Positions 11,276 through 20,762 of a stretch of 64,000 nucleotides of DNA are shown here, in pieces (within the stretch, counting starts at the first letter, position 1; each line of letters starts with the position of its first letter). Source of the DNA: an uncultured delta proteobacterium (GTDB taxonomy: Bacteria > Desulfobacterota > Desulfomonilia > UBA1062); assembly GCA_963798485.1 (NCBI GenBank), contig CAWCTR010000004.1:192001-256000 (forward strand). The letters are read 5' to 3'. Under the pieces are notes generated by a model that saw only the letters and a list, made by a program, of their open reading frames with translations, was not told the DNA's origin and made no database searches. The position numbers and the translations under genes are program-made.

Positions 11276-12214
11276 TTACCAAGTAACCACGGTACGGTCG
11301 ATGACAAGCGCAACTGCACAGATGAATATGACGAACAACGACCACGCATAATCGTAGCCTCTTATCGTGGATGCATTGAGCGTTCTCACATCCCCGGAAA
11401 ACCCCCTGGATAGCATGGCGTCGTGCACGTCTTGGCTCATCATATAGGTTCTTTTCAAGAGGTAACCCATTCTCGAAGCAACCCAGCGCTGCTCGCTCCC
11501 GGTAGGGCCGTAATGGAGGGTCCTGCTCTTCCGGGCCACGTGGATATCATAGACCGTATGCACCAGGAGGATGATATACCGGTATGTCATGCCGAGGATA
11601 AGGATGAATATCCTCGGGACTCTTAAGACCCTGAGCGCCTGTAACAGGTCGCTCCACAGGGTTGTGAGCGTCAGCAGCACCGCCAGAGAGACCGAGGCAG
11701 AGACCCTGCCGATGAATGTGACCGCAGTGAGCACGCCCTGGCGGGTGACGGTGATCGTGTCGGGGATGTGGTATGGGCCGAGGTCATAGCTGTGTGCAAG
11801 ATGAAACACGGTCCAGATAGGAACTCCTGGCGTCACCACATTGAACAGTGCCGGGATGACGATGACGGCCGAGAACAACGGGATAAAGAGCCATACCCGC
11901 TTGATGAAGAATATGAGGGGAATGGATGAGGCAACAGCAAGCAGAAGCGTGAACACATAAACGCCCCAGATGGTAATCGAAGACCTCATGATGCTCACAC
12001 TGACAATGATGACGAGAAGGGTTATGAGCTTTATTCGTGGGTCTATAGCCTGCAGGAGACCGCTGTGCCTGGCAACGGACTCGGACACCATGGTATCCCT
12101 GAGAAAGTGCGCAGCATTACCTATAGTCTTTTCCACAAAACCGGACCTGCCCTTATGGTGCGGGGCAGGCAGCGGTACTGAAAATGAGTCTTGTGCAAGC
12201 CAGTCTGGAATCAT
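11276..12214 (-). CDS. cbiQ: ECF Ni/Co transporter T component (NikQ/CbiQ), copy 1
   Basis: IDPRIKL, TYRYI, AMLSRGF. Confidence 0.92.
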   Translation of the reverse strand: MIPDWLAQDSFSVPLPAPHHKGRSGFVEKTIGNAAHFLRDTMVSESVARHSGLLQAIDPRIKLITLLVIIVSVSIMRSSITIWGVYVFTLLLAVASSIPLIFFIKRVWLFIPLFSAVIVIPALFNVVTPGVPIWTVFHLAHSYDLGPYHIPDTITVTRQGVLTAVTFIGRVSASVSLAVLLTLTTLWSDLLQALRVLRVPRIFILILGMTYRYIILLVHTVYDIHVARKSRTLHYGPTGSEQRWVASRMGYLLKRTYMMSQDVHDAMLSRGFSGDVRTLNASTIRGYDYAWSLFVIFICAVALVIDRTVVTW

Positions 12215-12559
12215 CTATTCCTTCTTATTCACGATCTTTCCGAAGAGCAGGGTAATAGCTGAGATGATACCTATACCCACGGCTGCCGAGATAACGTAAG
12301 CCAGGCTCAGCATGCCGAGGCCCTTCTCTTCCCAGCCCTTGAAGGCGTAATCCGGCATGGGGGCCTGCCAGATATCTGCGAGTTTCTGCATGCCCTGGGG
12401 GACAAAGCCCACCATCTTCTGGATCTCATCCGTACCCCATTCCCCCCAGGCGGAGCCGGCCTTCAGCTTATCAGGGATGATGATGCCCACAGGGGACAAA
12501 AGGGCAAGGACAATAAGACCTATCCACAGTTTTTTCGTTGTAGACATTTCGTTGCTCAT
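12215..12559 (-). CDS. ECF Ni/Co transporter NikN-like subunit, copy 1
   Basis: Two TM helices, AWGEW and APMPDY motifs, located between cbiM and cbiQ. Confidence 0.85.
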   Translation of the reverse strand: MSNEMSTTKKLWIGLIVLALLSPVGIIIPDKLKAGSAWGEWGTDEIQKMVGFVPQGMQKLADIWQAPMPDYAFKGWEEKGLGMLSLAYVISAAVGIGIISAITLLFGKIVNKKE

Positions 12560-13242
12560 CCGGCGCCTCCGTAGATGGTGAGGAGGGATTGATCAGACTT
12601 TTGGAGATACTTGATAATCAACGCGGTGACCAGTGCCTCCACCAGCCCGAAGAGGATAAGATGCTCTATGGCCATGGCCGGTACGGCGACGGAGAGCGGG
12701 TACGGTGCATAAAGCGGATGGCCGTCAGGACCGGAGGCTATCATGGGCTGGATGCCGAATTCAACCCCGGCCAGAACCGCAGCCACGTTAATCCCTATGT
12801 ACCCAGCTATGGCACCCGCCACCCAGCGGCGAGGTGATGTTATTTCCGAGCTGCCGGAGATAAGCTTGTAAATGTAGTATCCGACAAAGGGTATGACAAC
12901 ACCCATGTTGAAGCAGTTTGCGCCGATGGCCGTGATGCCTCCATCACCGAACAGGAGTGCCTGAACGATCAGTGCGATGGACACGGCTATGCTAGCGGCC
13001 CAGGGACCGAGGATAATAGCCACTATCACGGCACCTACGGCATGGCCGGTGGTGCCGCCGGGGATGGGGACATTAAACATCATGATTACAAAGGAGAATG
13101 CCGCGCCCAAAGCCAGAAGCGGCACATAACGCGAACGGATGGATTTACTGACCTTCCGGGCTGCTATGCCCAGGTAGGGGATGATAAAGGCATAAAAGGG
13201 CACATAGGTTTGCGGGGATAGGTAGCCATCCGGGATGTGCAT
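12556..13242 (-). CDS. cbiM: ECF Ni/Co transporter S component (NikM/CbiM), copy 1
   Basis: N-terminal MHIPDGYL, GGTTGH, QALLFGDGG. Confidence 0.95.
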   Translation of the reverse strand: MHIPDGYLSPQTYVPFYAFIIPYLGIAARKVSKSIRSRYVPLLALGAAFSFVIMMFNVPIPGGTTGHAVGAVIVAIILGPWAASIAVSIALIVQALLFGDGGITAIGANCFNMGVVIPFVGYYIYKLISGSSEITSPRRWVAGAIAGYIGINVAAVLAGVEFGIQPMIASGPDGHPLYAPYPLSVAVPAMAIEHLILFGLVEALVTALIIKYLQKSDQSLLTIYGGAG

Positions 13243-13280
13243 AGCAGTCTAACTCCTCTCTTATAAGATTTATTCCGCAT

Positions 13281-13307
13281 GTAGCACAAATATAAATATT
13301 GTGCTAC
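13281..13307. promoter_or_regulatory. Putative NikR operator between cbiM and the divergent porin
   Basis: Palindrome GTAGCAC-N13-GTGCTAC; extra half-site GTAACAC at 13332. Confidence 0.75.
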
Positions 13308-13470
13308 TATAAAATAATGAAAATACAATTCGTAACACTGTTATTTTATCATAATTTGTGCGGGTTGGATAGAAAGCATTTTCAGATAGGTAGGAGAAGT
13401 CCAAGGGATATCATGGTCCAGAATCTATGGGTTAGGGCATAGCATTATAAAACAATAATGGGAGAATAGA

Positions 13471-14619
13471 ATGAGGGGTGTATTAATCTTGGTAATAGCC
13501 GTAGGGCTTATCTTTGCCGGTTCCGTTCCAGCACCGGCTGCTGAAAAGACGGTTGAAGAACGGATAAAGGCGTTAGAGGACACCATAGGCGTTTGGTCGT
13601 TCTATGGGAGTGCACGGTTTGCAACCTTTTATGAGAAATCAGATAGCAATGCCTTCAATGATACTGATGGCATTACGGATCTTAACGGACCTCACCAGAA
13701 AACAACAAGATGGGGTATAAGTGATTCATACGTAGGTGCAACGGCTACAAAAGGTGATTTCGGAGGCAAGATTGAGATCGAGTTTGAGGAAAATCAGACG
13801 CTTGAAACACGCTTGATGTATGGCACCTATACCTCTCATGATGTCATCCTTTTTCTGGGGCAGGATTATACACCACTTGGAGACTGGAGTTACAGCAACC
13901 AGGTATTTGCCGAAGACAACGCCATGCAAGGTTGGGGCATGATCTATGAAGACACCATTCCTCAACTTAAGCTTAAATGGAAGGGACTCCAGGTGGCATT
14001 TGTCGAAAATATGCGTGTGAATACCGCGGGCTTGAATGCATCAGACGTAAGGACCGAGATTGTGCTGCCGCATCTTGAGATGAAGTACCACTTTGAGGCG
14101 GATAAGTTCTTCGGTGATGTATTCGGCGGAGCCAATACCTATAAGGTCAAAGTGGCCAGTTTGAATATCGACAAGACCATAAATTCCTATGCACTGGGTG
14201 CCGGATGCGGAGTCACTATTGACCCGGTCTATGCAAACACGATGGTGTGGATGGCCCGCAACGGGATGCAGATGGGCCTGCACCAGGCTGATGCCCAGGG
14301 TGCCCAGATCGATCCTGAGACAGGCAGGCTCACCAATGACAATGATCTGGGATGGGTCTTCATCGTCGGCGCACATATCACCAAGGTGACCCTTGAGGCA
14401 GGGTATGGTTATGTAAAATCGAAACTTGATGCAAGCGGCGCCAGGAAAGATGATGCGCAGAACTGCTATCTGCAGGCTGTCATTCCTGTTGCACAGACGG
14501 ATTCAGCGAAATTCAGCCTCACCCCTGAAATAGGGGTTGTTGATTATAAGAGGGATTCGAAGGGTGACTATCAGGGAAAGGCGATATATGCAGGGGCCAG
14601 GTGGCAGATCGACTTCTAG
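13471..14619 (+). CDS. Outer-membrane porin-like beta-barrel protein
   Basis: Signal peptide, short coiled coil, SFYGSARF, amphipathic strands, C-terminal WQIDF. Confidence 0.75.
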   Translation: MRGVLILVIAVGLIFAGSVPAPAAEKTVEERIKALEDTIGVWSFYGSARFATFYEKSDSNAFNDTDGITDLNGPHQKTTRWGISDSYVGATATKGDFGGKIEIEFEENQTLETRLMYGTYTSHDVILFLGQDYTPLGDWSYSNQVFAEDNAMQGWGMIYEDTIPQLKLKWKGLQVAFVENMRVNTAGLNASDVRTEIVLPHLEMKYHFEADKFFGDVFGGANTYKVKVASLNIDKTINSYALGAGCGVTIDPVYANTMVWMARNGMQMGLHQADAQGAQIDPETGRLTNDNDLGWVFIVGAHITKVTLEAGYGYVKSKLDASGARKDDAQNCYLQAVIPVAQTDSAKFSLTPEIGVVDYKRDSKGDYQGKAIYAGARWQIDF

Positions 14620-14647
14620 AACTTCTTAATCGAGGGCACGGGCTCTC

Positions 14648-15064
14648 TTATTCGATGTCTTTGCCCGTGCTGGTCATGCTGAGAGCCCCGTGGCGCACGC
14701 CCTTGACTGACTTTAGGGCATTTGCAAGATTCTGCACTTTACTGGCTTTACTTTTTACAGCCACGATCTCCAGGCAGTTGTGATGGTCGAGGTGGATATG
14801 CTGGGTAGAGATGATGGTATCCTGGTGATCATGCTGGAGGTCTGTGAGCTGGCTTGACAGTCCACGGGTATGATGGTCGTAGATGAAGGTGATGGTTCCG
14901 GCAACTTCCTGGTCCTCCTCCCATTCCTTTTTGACCAGTTCCTGGCGGATAAGGTCTCGCAATGCCTCGGAACGGGTCGAATAACCCCTTTTGCCGATAA
15001 GCCGGTCGAATTTTTTGAGCAGACTGTCTTCAAGCGATACACCGAATCTCACGAGTTCTGACAT
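14648..15064 (-). CDS. nikR: Nickel-responsive regulator NikR, copy 1
   Basis: RFGVSL RHH, RSEALRDLIR, HIHLDHHNCLE. Confidence 0.96.
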   Translation of the reverse strand: MSELVRFGVSLEDSLLKKFDRLIGKRGYSTRSEALRDLIRQELVKKEWEEDQEVAGTITFIYDHHTRGLSSQLTDLQHDHQDTIISTQHIHLDHHNCLEIVAVKSKASKVQNLANALKSVKGVRHGALSMTSTGKDIE

Positions 15065-15193
15065 AACCCACCTATAGTTTATCTTTGCTGCATGGTGCCA
15101 CAGTGAGCAGGGGGAGTCAAACGCTATTCAAACCCAACTCATGCTTATGAAAACAGGTATCATCATCCGATAGAGAGAGAAGCAAACGAGGGC

Positions 15194-16684
15194 ATGAAAG
15201 GATCAACAAAGGCCATGTCTCCAGAGAATAGTGAGGATAGACGGCTGCAAATAAGGAGCGGGCTGTCATTGAGGACCAAGGGCCTGCTCTTGGCGGCTTT
15301 ACTCAATATAATCTCGACGATTATCTTCTCGGCATATTGCTATCAGATCCAGAAATCCTCTATTATGAGGGATATCGACGATAGGCTCCTTTCAAGCGCA
15401 CATGCAATCAGGTATCTTCTCCCCGAGGGATTCCATGGGAATATCAGCTCCGAGGCTTCCGTCTCCCCCAAAGAGTATGAGCGTAACCTGAGAAAGCTCT
15501 CGGAGTATGCAAGGTATGCCGGGGTGACCTATCTCTATACCATGATGGAGTCAGGGAATAAAATTGTATTCACCTCCACGAGCGCCACAACTGAGGAGTT
15601 CAAGAAGGGTACGTTTGATCATTTCTTTTCCGTCTGCGAAGATGCCTCCCCGAAGCTGAAACAGGTCTTTCGTGACCATAAGGTTTTCTTTGAAGAATCC
15701 CATGATAAATATGGAGACTACAGAACTCTCATCGTGCCGGTGATAATGCCTTCCGGAAAGGTCTATCTAATGGGGGCCGACCTCGACATCCGTTTTATCA
15801 AGGCCTTGCTAAACCAGGGTTTGTATCGCTCGCTCATGATAGGCGGCGTACTGTTCATACTAACCATGACTGTGTCTTTCCTTTTCCTCAGGCGGCTCAC
15901 AGGCCCCTTTATCACAAGGGATATTATAGCCGGGGTGATGGATTCATCCGGCAAAATCATAAAGACTTCCCAAGACCTTGTGGGTAACTGCGCCGAACTG
16001 GCCTCCTACGCCCAGGATCAAAACGAGGTAGTAAGTGAGACATCAAAGACCCTTGAAGACCTTGCCTTGGTTATCGGACAGGGCACTGAAGGTTCCGTAT
16101 CTGTTGAAACAGAGCTCAAGTCCTTCAATGATACCGTTTGCGCCCGGATGAGTCTTATCAATGAGATGAACGATTCCATGAAAGAGATCGACATATCGAG
16201 CGTTCAGATCGAAAAGATCATTGGTGTTATGAATGAGATTGCATTCCAGACAAACCTGCTTGAATTGAATGCCTCAGTAGAGGTTGACAGGGCGGGTAAT
16301 GCCGGGAAGGGCTTTTCTGTTGTGGCCGAAGAGGTGCGAAATCTTGCCCGCAAGACGGCCGAATCTTCACGGGACATAGAGCGGATTGTCCATAAGAACA
16401 TAAACGTCACCAGGAGGGGCCTGGAGTCTGTTATTGACACATCCGATTTCTTCCGGGTGATTATTGAGCGGATCAAGGAAATCGCCTCAAGGATATCTGA
16501 AATAACCGAAAGCAGCAAAGAACAGAGCGCCGGCATCGAATATATCAACGGGGCCATAGCAAGGACAAAGGATATACTTGAACACAATACCGACTTTGCA
16601 GGGATACTTTCTGAAAGCTCCAGGGAGCTCCAGGCGAGCGTGTCTTCTCTGGAGGAGATCCTAGAGCCTTTCAAGGGTAAATGA
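15194..16684 (+). CDS. Methyl-accepting chemotaxis protein with degenerate signalling tip
   Basis: Two TM helices, periplasmic domain, IAFQTNLLELNASVEVDRAGNAGKGFSVVAEEVRNLA. Confidence 0.88.
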   Translation: MKGSTKAMSPENSEDRRLQIRSGLSLRTKGLLLAALLNIISTIIFSAYCYQIQKSSIMRDIDDRLLSSAHAIRYLLPEGFHGNISSEASVSPKEYERNLRKLSEYARYAGVTYLYTMMESGNKIVFTSTSATTEEFKKGTFDHFFSVCEDASPKLKQVFRDHKVFFEESHDKYGDYRTLIVPVIMPSGKVYLMGADLDIRFIKALLNQGLYRSLMIGGVLFILTMTVSFLFLRRLTGPFITRDIIAGVMDSSGKIIKTSQDLVGNCAELASYAQDQNEVVSETSKTLEDLALVIGQGTEGSVSVETELKSFNDTVCARMSLINEMNDSMKEIDISSVQIEKIIGVMNEIAFQTNLLELNASVEVDRAGNAGKGFSVVAEEVRNLARKTAESSRDIERIVHKNINVTRRGLESVIDTSDFFRVIIERIKEIASRISEITESSKEQSAGIEYINGAIARTKDILEHNTDFAGILSESSRELQASVSSLEEILEPFKGK

Positions 16685-16772
16685 AGAATAGCCCTCTGAT
16701 CTTTTAAAAGAAATTGTGGTATCTTCTCTGGAGATCAAAAAGGGCACCATGAGGACATGGTGCTTGAATCCC

Positions 16773-17012
16773 TTAATCTCTCTTTGGGATTGTTTTCAAT
16801 CTGAGAAGATTAATTTCAGTCATGGGCTGATACTTTTTTATGAGCTCGCCAATGGCCTCATTCACCAAGAGTGACAGCTCTTTCCCCGTCAATGCGGAGA
16901 GTACGGTGAGCGCCCTTGCATGACCCTCTTCGATGTAGTAATTCCTTTTCACCAATACACCGGCCGGGTTATTTTTCCTTAATTCGAGTGGCTTTCTTCC
17001 TCTTTCCCCCAT
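16773..17012 (-). CDS. Small hypothetical, possibly ribbon-helix-helix protein
   Basis: KRNYYIEE strand followed by two helices (ELSLLVNEAI); RBS GAGAGGG. Confidence 0.5.
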   Translation of the reverse strand: MGERGRKPLELRKNNPAGVLVKRNYYIEEGHARALTVLSALTGKELSLLVNEAIGELIKKYQPMTEINLLRLKTIPKRD

Positions 17013-17119
17013 GCATCCCTCTCTGATAATTTATTTTACTGCTGGTTAATAATTACTTTTAATAATTTAACCAAGTTCATAACAAACCTTTTTACTCGTA
17101 AAGGGAATGGCTCAAAAAC

Positions 17120-17169
17120 TGGAGGCGGCAACCGGATTTGAACCGGTGAATAACGGTTTTGCAGACCGT
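17120..17169 (-). repeat. att site: 3' fragment of tRNA-Cys(GCA)
   Basis: Reverse strand ACGGT-CTGCAAA-ACCGT...CCGGTTCAAATCCGG...CCA; D-arm and 5' acceptor strand missing; abuts integrase. Confidence 0.9.
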
Positions 17170-17202
17170 ATATCTAACTTAATATCCTTTATAATCAATA
17201 TA

Positions 17203-18438
17203 TTAGTTATTGCCGCTAGAGACATTCTCTACCATATTTTCAGGTTTATTCTCTAGTAATTCTCTAGTAGGTTTTTTATCCAGCTCGTCTATATTACTCG
17301 TACTCATCTGGGGTATCCAGTGGTAGTAAGTCTTGTATGTGATCATTGGTGAGCTATGTCCCAACTCTTTTGATACCTCATGGATTGGATGTCCAATACT
17401 GAGTCTAAATGTTGCATAGCTGTGTCTCATGTCATGCGGGGTTCTGTGAGAGAGCTTTGATTTCTCCATGCAGAAATTCCATACACGATCAAGAAAATTG
17501 CCATAGTTAATCCTATTCCCTGTTTCCCCTATGAATACCAACTCTGGTGTTTTCTTCCAGCCCTTGCGCAATGTTTCTTCCTTAACAGCTGCAATCTGCT
17601 TATGTATGATGGCTTTAAGGTCGTTTGTCAAGCGCACTTTACGCCTACTCGATTCACTCTTGGGAGTAGTTTTTCTCCCCCTTGTAATATTGTTTCTCAC
17701 GCTGATATAGTTGTTGACAAAATCTATGTCTGATACTTTCAGCCCGATGATCTCGCCAATACGGAGGCCAGACCTAAATCCCATTGCCACAAGGGCATAA
17801 TATCTTGGCCTATGCTCCTTAACTTTAGATTCAAAAGTTGATCTATCTTCCCAGGTAAAAGGATTCATATCGTCATGGTTCTCATCAGGATTATCTTTGG
17901 GAATAATACTTCCATGAATGGGATTTGATTCAATATACTTGGGTACTGCGGATTCAAGTATGCCTGAAAGGCAATTTTTAATATTGGCAAGAGTATTGTA
18001 TTTTAGCCCCTTTGGCTTTAACTCTGAAAGCTCAAAGAGATAGTTTTCAAACTCTTCCTTGTCAAATTGATCAAGTGGCTTGTCTCCATACTTTGGTATA
18101 AGCCTCTGATTGATAAGATTCTCATACCCCTTATAGGTGCTGTATTTGAGGCGTTTCTTGTTTTTTATAAGCCAGCCTGGATTATCATCAAACCCATTTA
18201 GATATTGCTCGAGAGTGGGTGCCTGTGATTTGATCTCAAAGAGCCTGTTGAGAGCCTTATGTCCTTGCTCTTTGATCTTCTGATTGATTAGCTCTTTCTT
18301 CTGGTTTGCGATAACACGGTTTACCTTTGTGTTCTTGCCAACATGGATGTACTTTTTCTTGTATTGATGGCAGACCAATAAATATAATTCACCAGAGCCC
18401 TTCGGATGTTCAACAACGCTTACGCCCATTTTACGCAT
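17203..18438 (-). CDS. int: Tyrosine recombinase/integrase
   Basis: SGLRIGE, TPKS, HDMRHSYAT, LGHSSPMITYKTY catalytic motifs. Confidence 0.95.
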   Translation of the reverse strand: MRKMGVSVVEHPKGSGELYLLVCHQYKKKYIHVGKNTKVNRVIANQKKELINQKIKEQGHKALNRLFEIKSQAPTLEQYLNGFDDNPGWLIKNKKRLKYSTYKGYENLINQRLIPKYGDKPLDQFDKEEFENYLFELSELKPKGLKYNTLANIKNCLSGILESAVPKYIESNPIHGSIIPKDNPDENHDDMNPFTWEDRSTFESKVKEHRPRYYALVAMGFRSGLRIGEIIGLKVSDIDFVNNYISVRNNITRGRKTTPKSESSRRKVRLTNDLKAIIHKQIAAVKEETLRKGWKKTPELVFIGETGNRINYGNFLDRVWNFCMEKSKLSHRTPHDMRHSYATFRLSIGHPIHEVSKELGHSSPMITYKTYYHWIPQMSTSNIDELDKKPTRELLENKPENMVENVSSGNN

Positions 18439-18679
18439 TAAAAACGTCCTTCAAGATATTGTCAATCTTATTGTCTAAAACAGCTCCACCCTTTACTTCC
18501 CTGCTCTCAAGATATTCATCTATCCATTCCTTCTTGGTGACCATCTGTCCAAGGTCAGGCTTAGAGTATCGCATCAAGCCCCTTGCCCATAATTCACGGA
18601 TATACTTCTCGTTGATACCACCCGCATAGTCGGATGCTTGCTTTGCTGTGAGCCATACTGATGAGCTAAGGGAAGCCAA
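18431..18679 (-). CDS. Excisionase-like HTH protein
   Basis: WLTAKQASDY...KYIRELW...WIDEYL; overlaps the integrase start; TTG start with AAAGGAG RBS. Confidence 0.75.
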   Translation of the reverse strand: MASLSSSVWLTAKQASDYAGGINEKYIRELWARGLMRYSKPDLGQMVTKKEWIDEYLESREVKGGAVLDNKIDNILKDVFNA

Positions 18680-18829
18680 GTCTTTTTCTCCTTTGTCCTT
18701 AATAAATAAAAACCAACTTTTCCTCCCTTGCCCCTTTCACAAACGACTGAAGGGGAAGGGAGGAACGACCGGAGAAAGGAAAGCCTGGAAGGCTCACCAT
18801 ATAGAAGTGGTCTCATTTGAGACCACAGG

Positions 18830-18909
18830 AGACACCCGAAGCTCTGCAAGCAGCATGACAACATGCTCACATGTTGGCGTGCTGCTTTCGGAGCAAGCGG
18901 AGGGGGTCT
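18830..18909 (-). promoter_or_regulatory. Conserved upstream hairpin copy A (before xis-int)
   Basis: Sense strand AAGCAGCACGCCA-14nt-TGTCATGCTGCTTGCA. Confidence 0.65.
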
Positions 18910-19270
18910 TTTATATCCTGTGGTTTTCAGTCTTGGTTATTGGTTAGATATGAACCGATCTTCAAAAGAGTTACATTTCGCCAGTGCCATCTGTGGCGAT
19001 TTACTCTTTTTGAAGGTTTCATTTAAAAATCCCTACTCAGGGATTTGGCTATCTCTGCAAGCCAGCAGAACGCCCCTTCTGCTCGCCCTCTGCAATAATC
19101 ATCGTTCAACAATATTGCTGAAAGGGTTGGTACTTCATCATCGATTGGTATTGGAGTAAGATTACCATCGAGTTCATGCCTCAGAGCATCAGTTTTATTG
19201 ACAGGTTGAAAACTTGACAATATATATGGTTATGGCTATATGGATATGTATCCCCTAGGAGGTGATGTTC

Positions 19271-19507
19271 ATGCACCGAACAACTATCATGCTTCCGGAC
19301 GATCTCAAAGCAAAGGCAGAAGATGTGTCGAGGAAAAAGGGGTTTTCTCTGAGTGAATTTGTGAGAGAGGCGATGAAAGATATGCTGAAGAAGTATGAGG
19401 GCAGCAAAGGAGATTCTTTCTTCACAGATACAGTGGTATATACTGGGTCGGCACCCAAAGACATATCTAAAAATCATGATGATTATCTTTATGGAAGCAA
19501 GGCATGA
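19271..19507 (+). CDS. vapB: CopG/RHH antitoxin (VapB-like)
   Basis: MHRTTIMLPDDL...SLSEFVREAM; overlaps the PIN toxin; TTGACA promoter at 19214. Confidence 0.8.
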   Translation: MHRTTIMLPDDLKAKAEDVSRKKGFSLSEFVREAMKDMLKKYEGSKGDSFFTDTVVYTGSAPKDISKNHDDYLYGSKA

Positions 19508-19905
19508 TCTATATTGATACAGGAGCACTGATAGCAAGATATATTGCCAAGGACGATTATCACACTGAAGCAAAATCTAGCTGGAAAGCCCTTGAGAAGA
19601 ACAAAGACAGGCTCTTTACCAGTAACTTTGTTTTGGATGAAACGTTCACCCTTTTAGGCAGAAGGGCCGGATATAAATTTGCCGCCGAGAGAGCAAGAGC
19701 CATATATTCATCGGAGGCACTCACCATCTTAAGACCCGATAAATCAAACGAGCTTGAAGCACTACGTTTTTTCGAAAAATACTCAGACCAAATGGTAAGC
19801 TATACGGATTGCATTTCCTTTGCCTTAATGCGGGAACACAAGATTAAGAGGGTGTTTACTTTCGATAAGCATTTCGATCTGGCCGGGTTTCAAATAATAC
19901 CTTAG
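19504..19905 (+). CDS. vapC: PIN-domain toxin (VapC-like)
   Basis: IYIDTGA, VLDET, SYTDCISF, FTFDKHF. Confidence 0.9.
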   Translation: MIYIDTGALIARYIAKDDYHTEAKSSWKALEKNKDRLFTSNFVLDETFTLLGRRAGYKFAAERARAIYSSEALTILRPDKSNELEALRFFEKYSDQMVSYTDCISFALMREHKIKRVFTFDKHFDLAGFQIIP

Positions 19906-20139
19906 CATTTCCCAGTTCCAATAGATGATCTGGTTGCATTGGTCTCCTATGCAAATCGGGTCCATATATACCAACAAAGGATGCCCTGACTGCCATCAGA
20001 TTACTGTGATTGGAATACCCAGAACATTCTCAAGGCATTTCATAAAAGCTGGGACAATATTATTTTAATTGCACAATATTAACATCGGTTATGCACAGTA
20101 ACATCCATAATGTTAGTTAGCGAAATTTTCAAAATAAGC

Positions 20140-20213
20140 GCCCTCTCCGCTCGTCTTCTAAGCGTCCCGCCATGCTGATAAGCCTGTCATGCCGCTTGCA
20201 GCGCTGCAAGGGC
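20140..20213 (+). promoter_or_regulatory. Conserved upstream hairpin copy B (before DUF2958 gene)
   Basis: GCCCT...AAGCGTCCCGCCA-12nt-TGTCATGCCGCTTGCA...AGGGC. Confidence 0.65.
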
Positions 20214-20343
20214 TTCTTTAAGGAAGAAAATAAAACCTTCCTTTCTTTCGGTCGTTCCTCCCTCCCCCTTCAATCTCTGGTGAAAGGGGGAGGGAGGAAA
20301 AATTGTTTTTTACACACATCAGACCAAATCAAAGGAGGGCTTT

Positions 20344-20661
20344 ATGAAGCTTTTAACAGTTGAGTTGATCAATCAGTTTCCGAGGCTTTACGAGACCGAT
20401 GGTAAACCGAAGGACCAGGTGAAAATAGTCGCCAAGTTTTTTCACCCTATGTCCGCTGCCACTTGGTACGCAATCGAGTATGATCCGGAGGAAAGGATGT
20501 TCTTTGGCTTCGTGAATCTGGGTAATCCCTTGTACGCTGAACTGGGATATTTCTCTCTTGATGAACTTGAAAGTGTAAAGGTGATGGGACTCGGCATTGA
20601 GAGAGATCTGCATTACGGAGAGCATTACTTATCCGAGGTTCTTGAAAGTAAAAATATTTGA
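20344..20661 (+). CDS. DUF2958 family protein
   Basis: [11 protein letters not shown]...YDPE...[10 protein letters not shown]...IERDLHY. Confidence 0.85.
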   Translation: MKLLTVELINQFPRLYETDGKPKDQVKIVAKFFHPMSAATWYAIEYDPEERMFFGFVNLGNPLYAELGYFSLDELESVKVMGLGIERDLHYGEHYLSEVLESKNI

Positions 20662-20665
20662 TAAC

Positions 20666-20699
20666 GCCCGCGTCCGCCGGGCAACCGGCGGACGCGGGC
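20666..20699 (+). terminator. Strong GC hairpin (GCAA tetraloop) after DUF2958
   Basis: GCCCGCGTCCGCCGG-GCAA-CCGGCGGACGCGGGC, 15-bp perfect stem. Confidence 0.7.
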
Positions 20700-20762
20700 T
20701 TAAAAACATACAGGACGTATACCGAACAATTGAGTCTCCAAGACCTTTCATAAGCAATTCGC

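Noticed and set aside
17120-17169. Functional tRNA-Cys
   Set aside because: Only the anticodon arm through CCA is present; treated as an att duplicate
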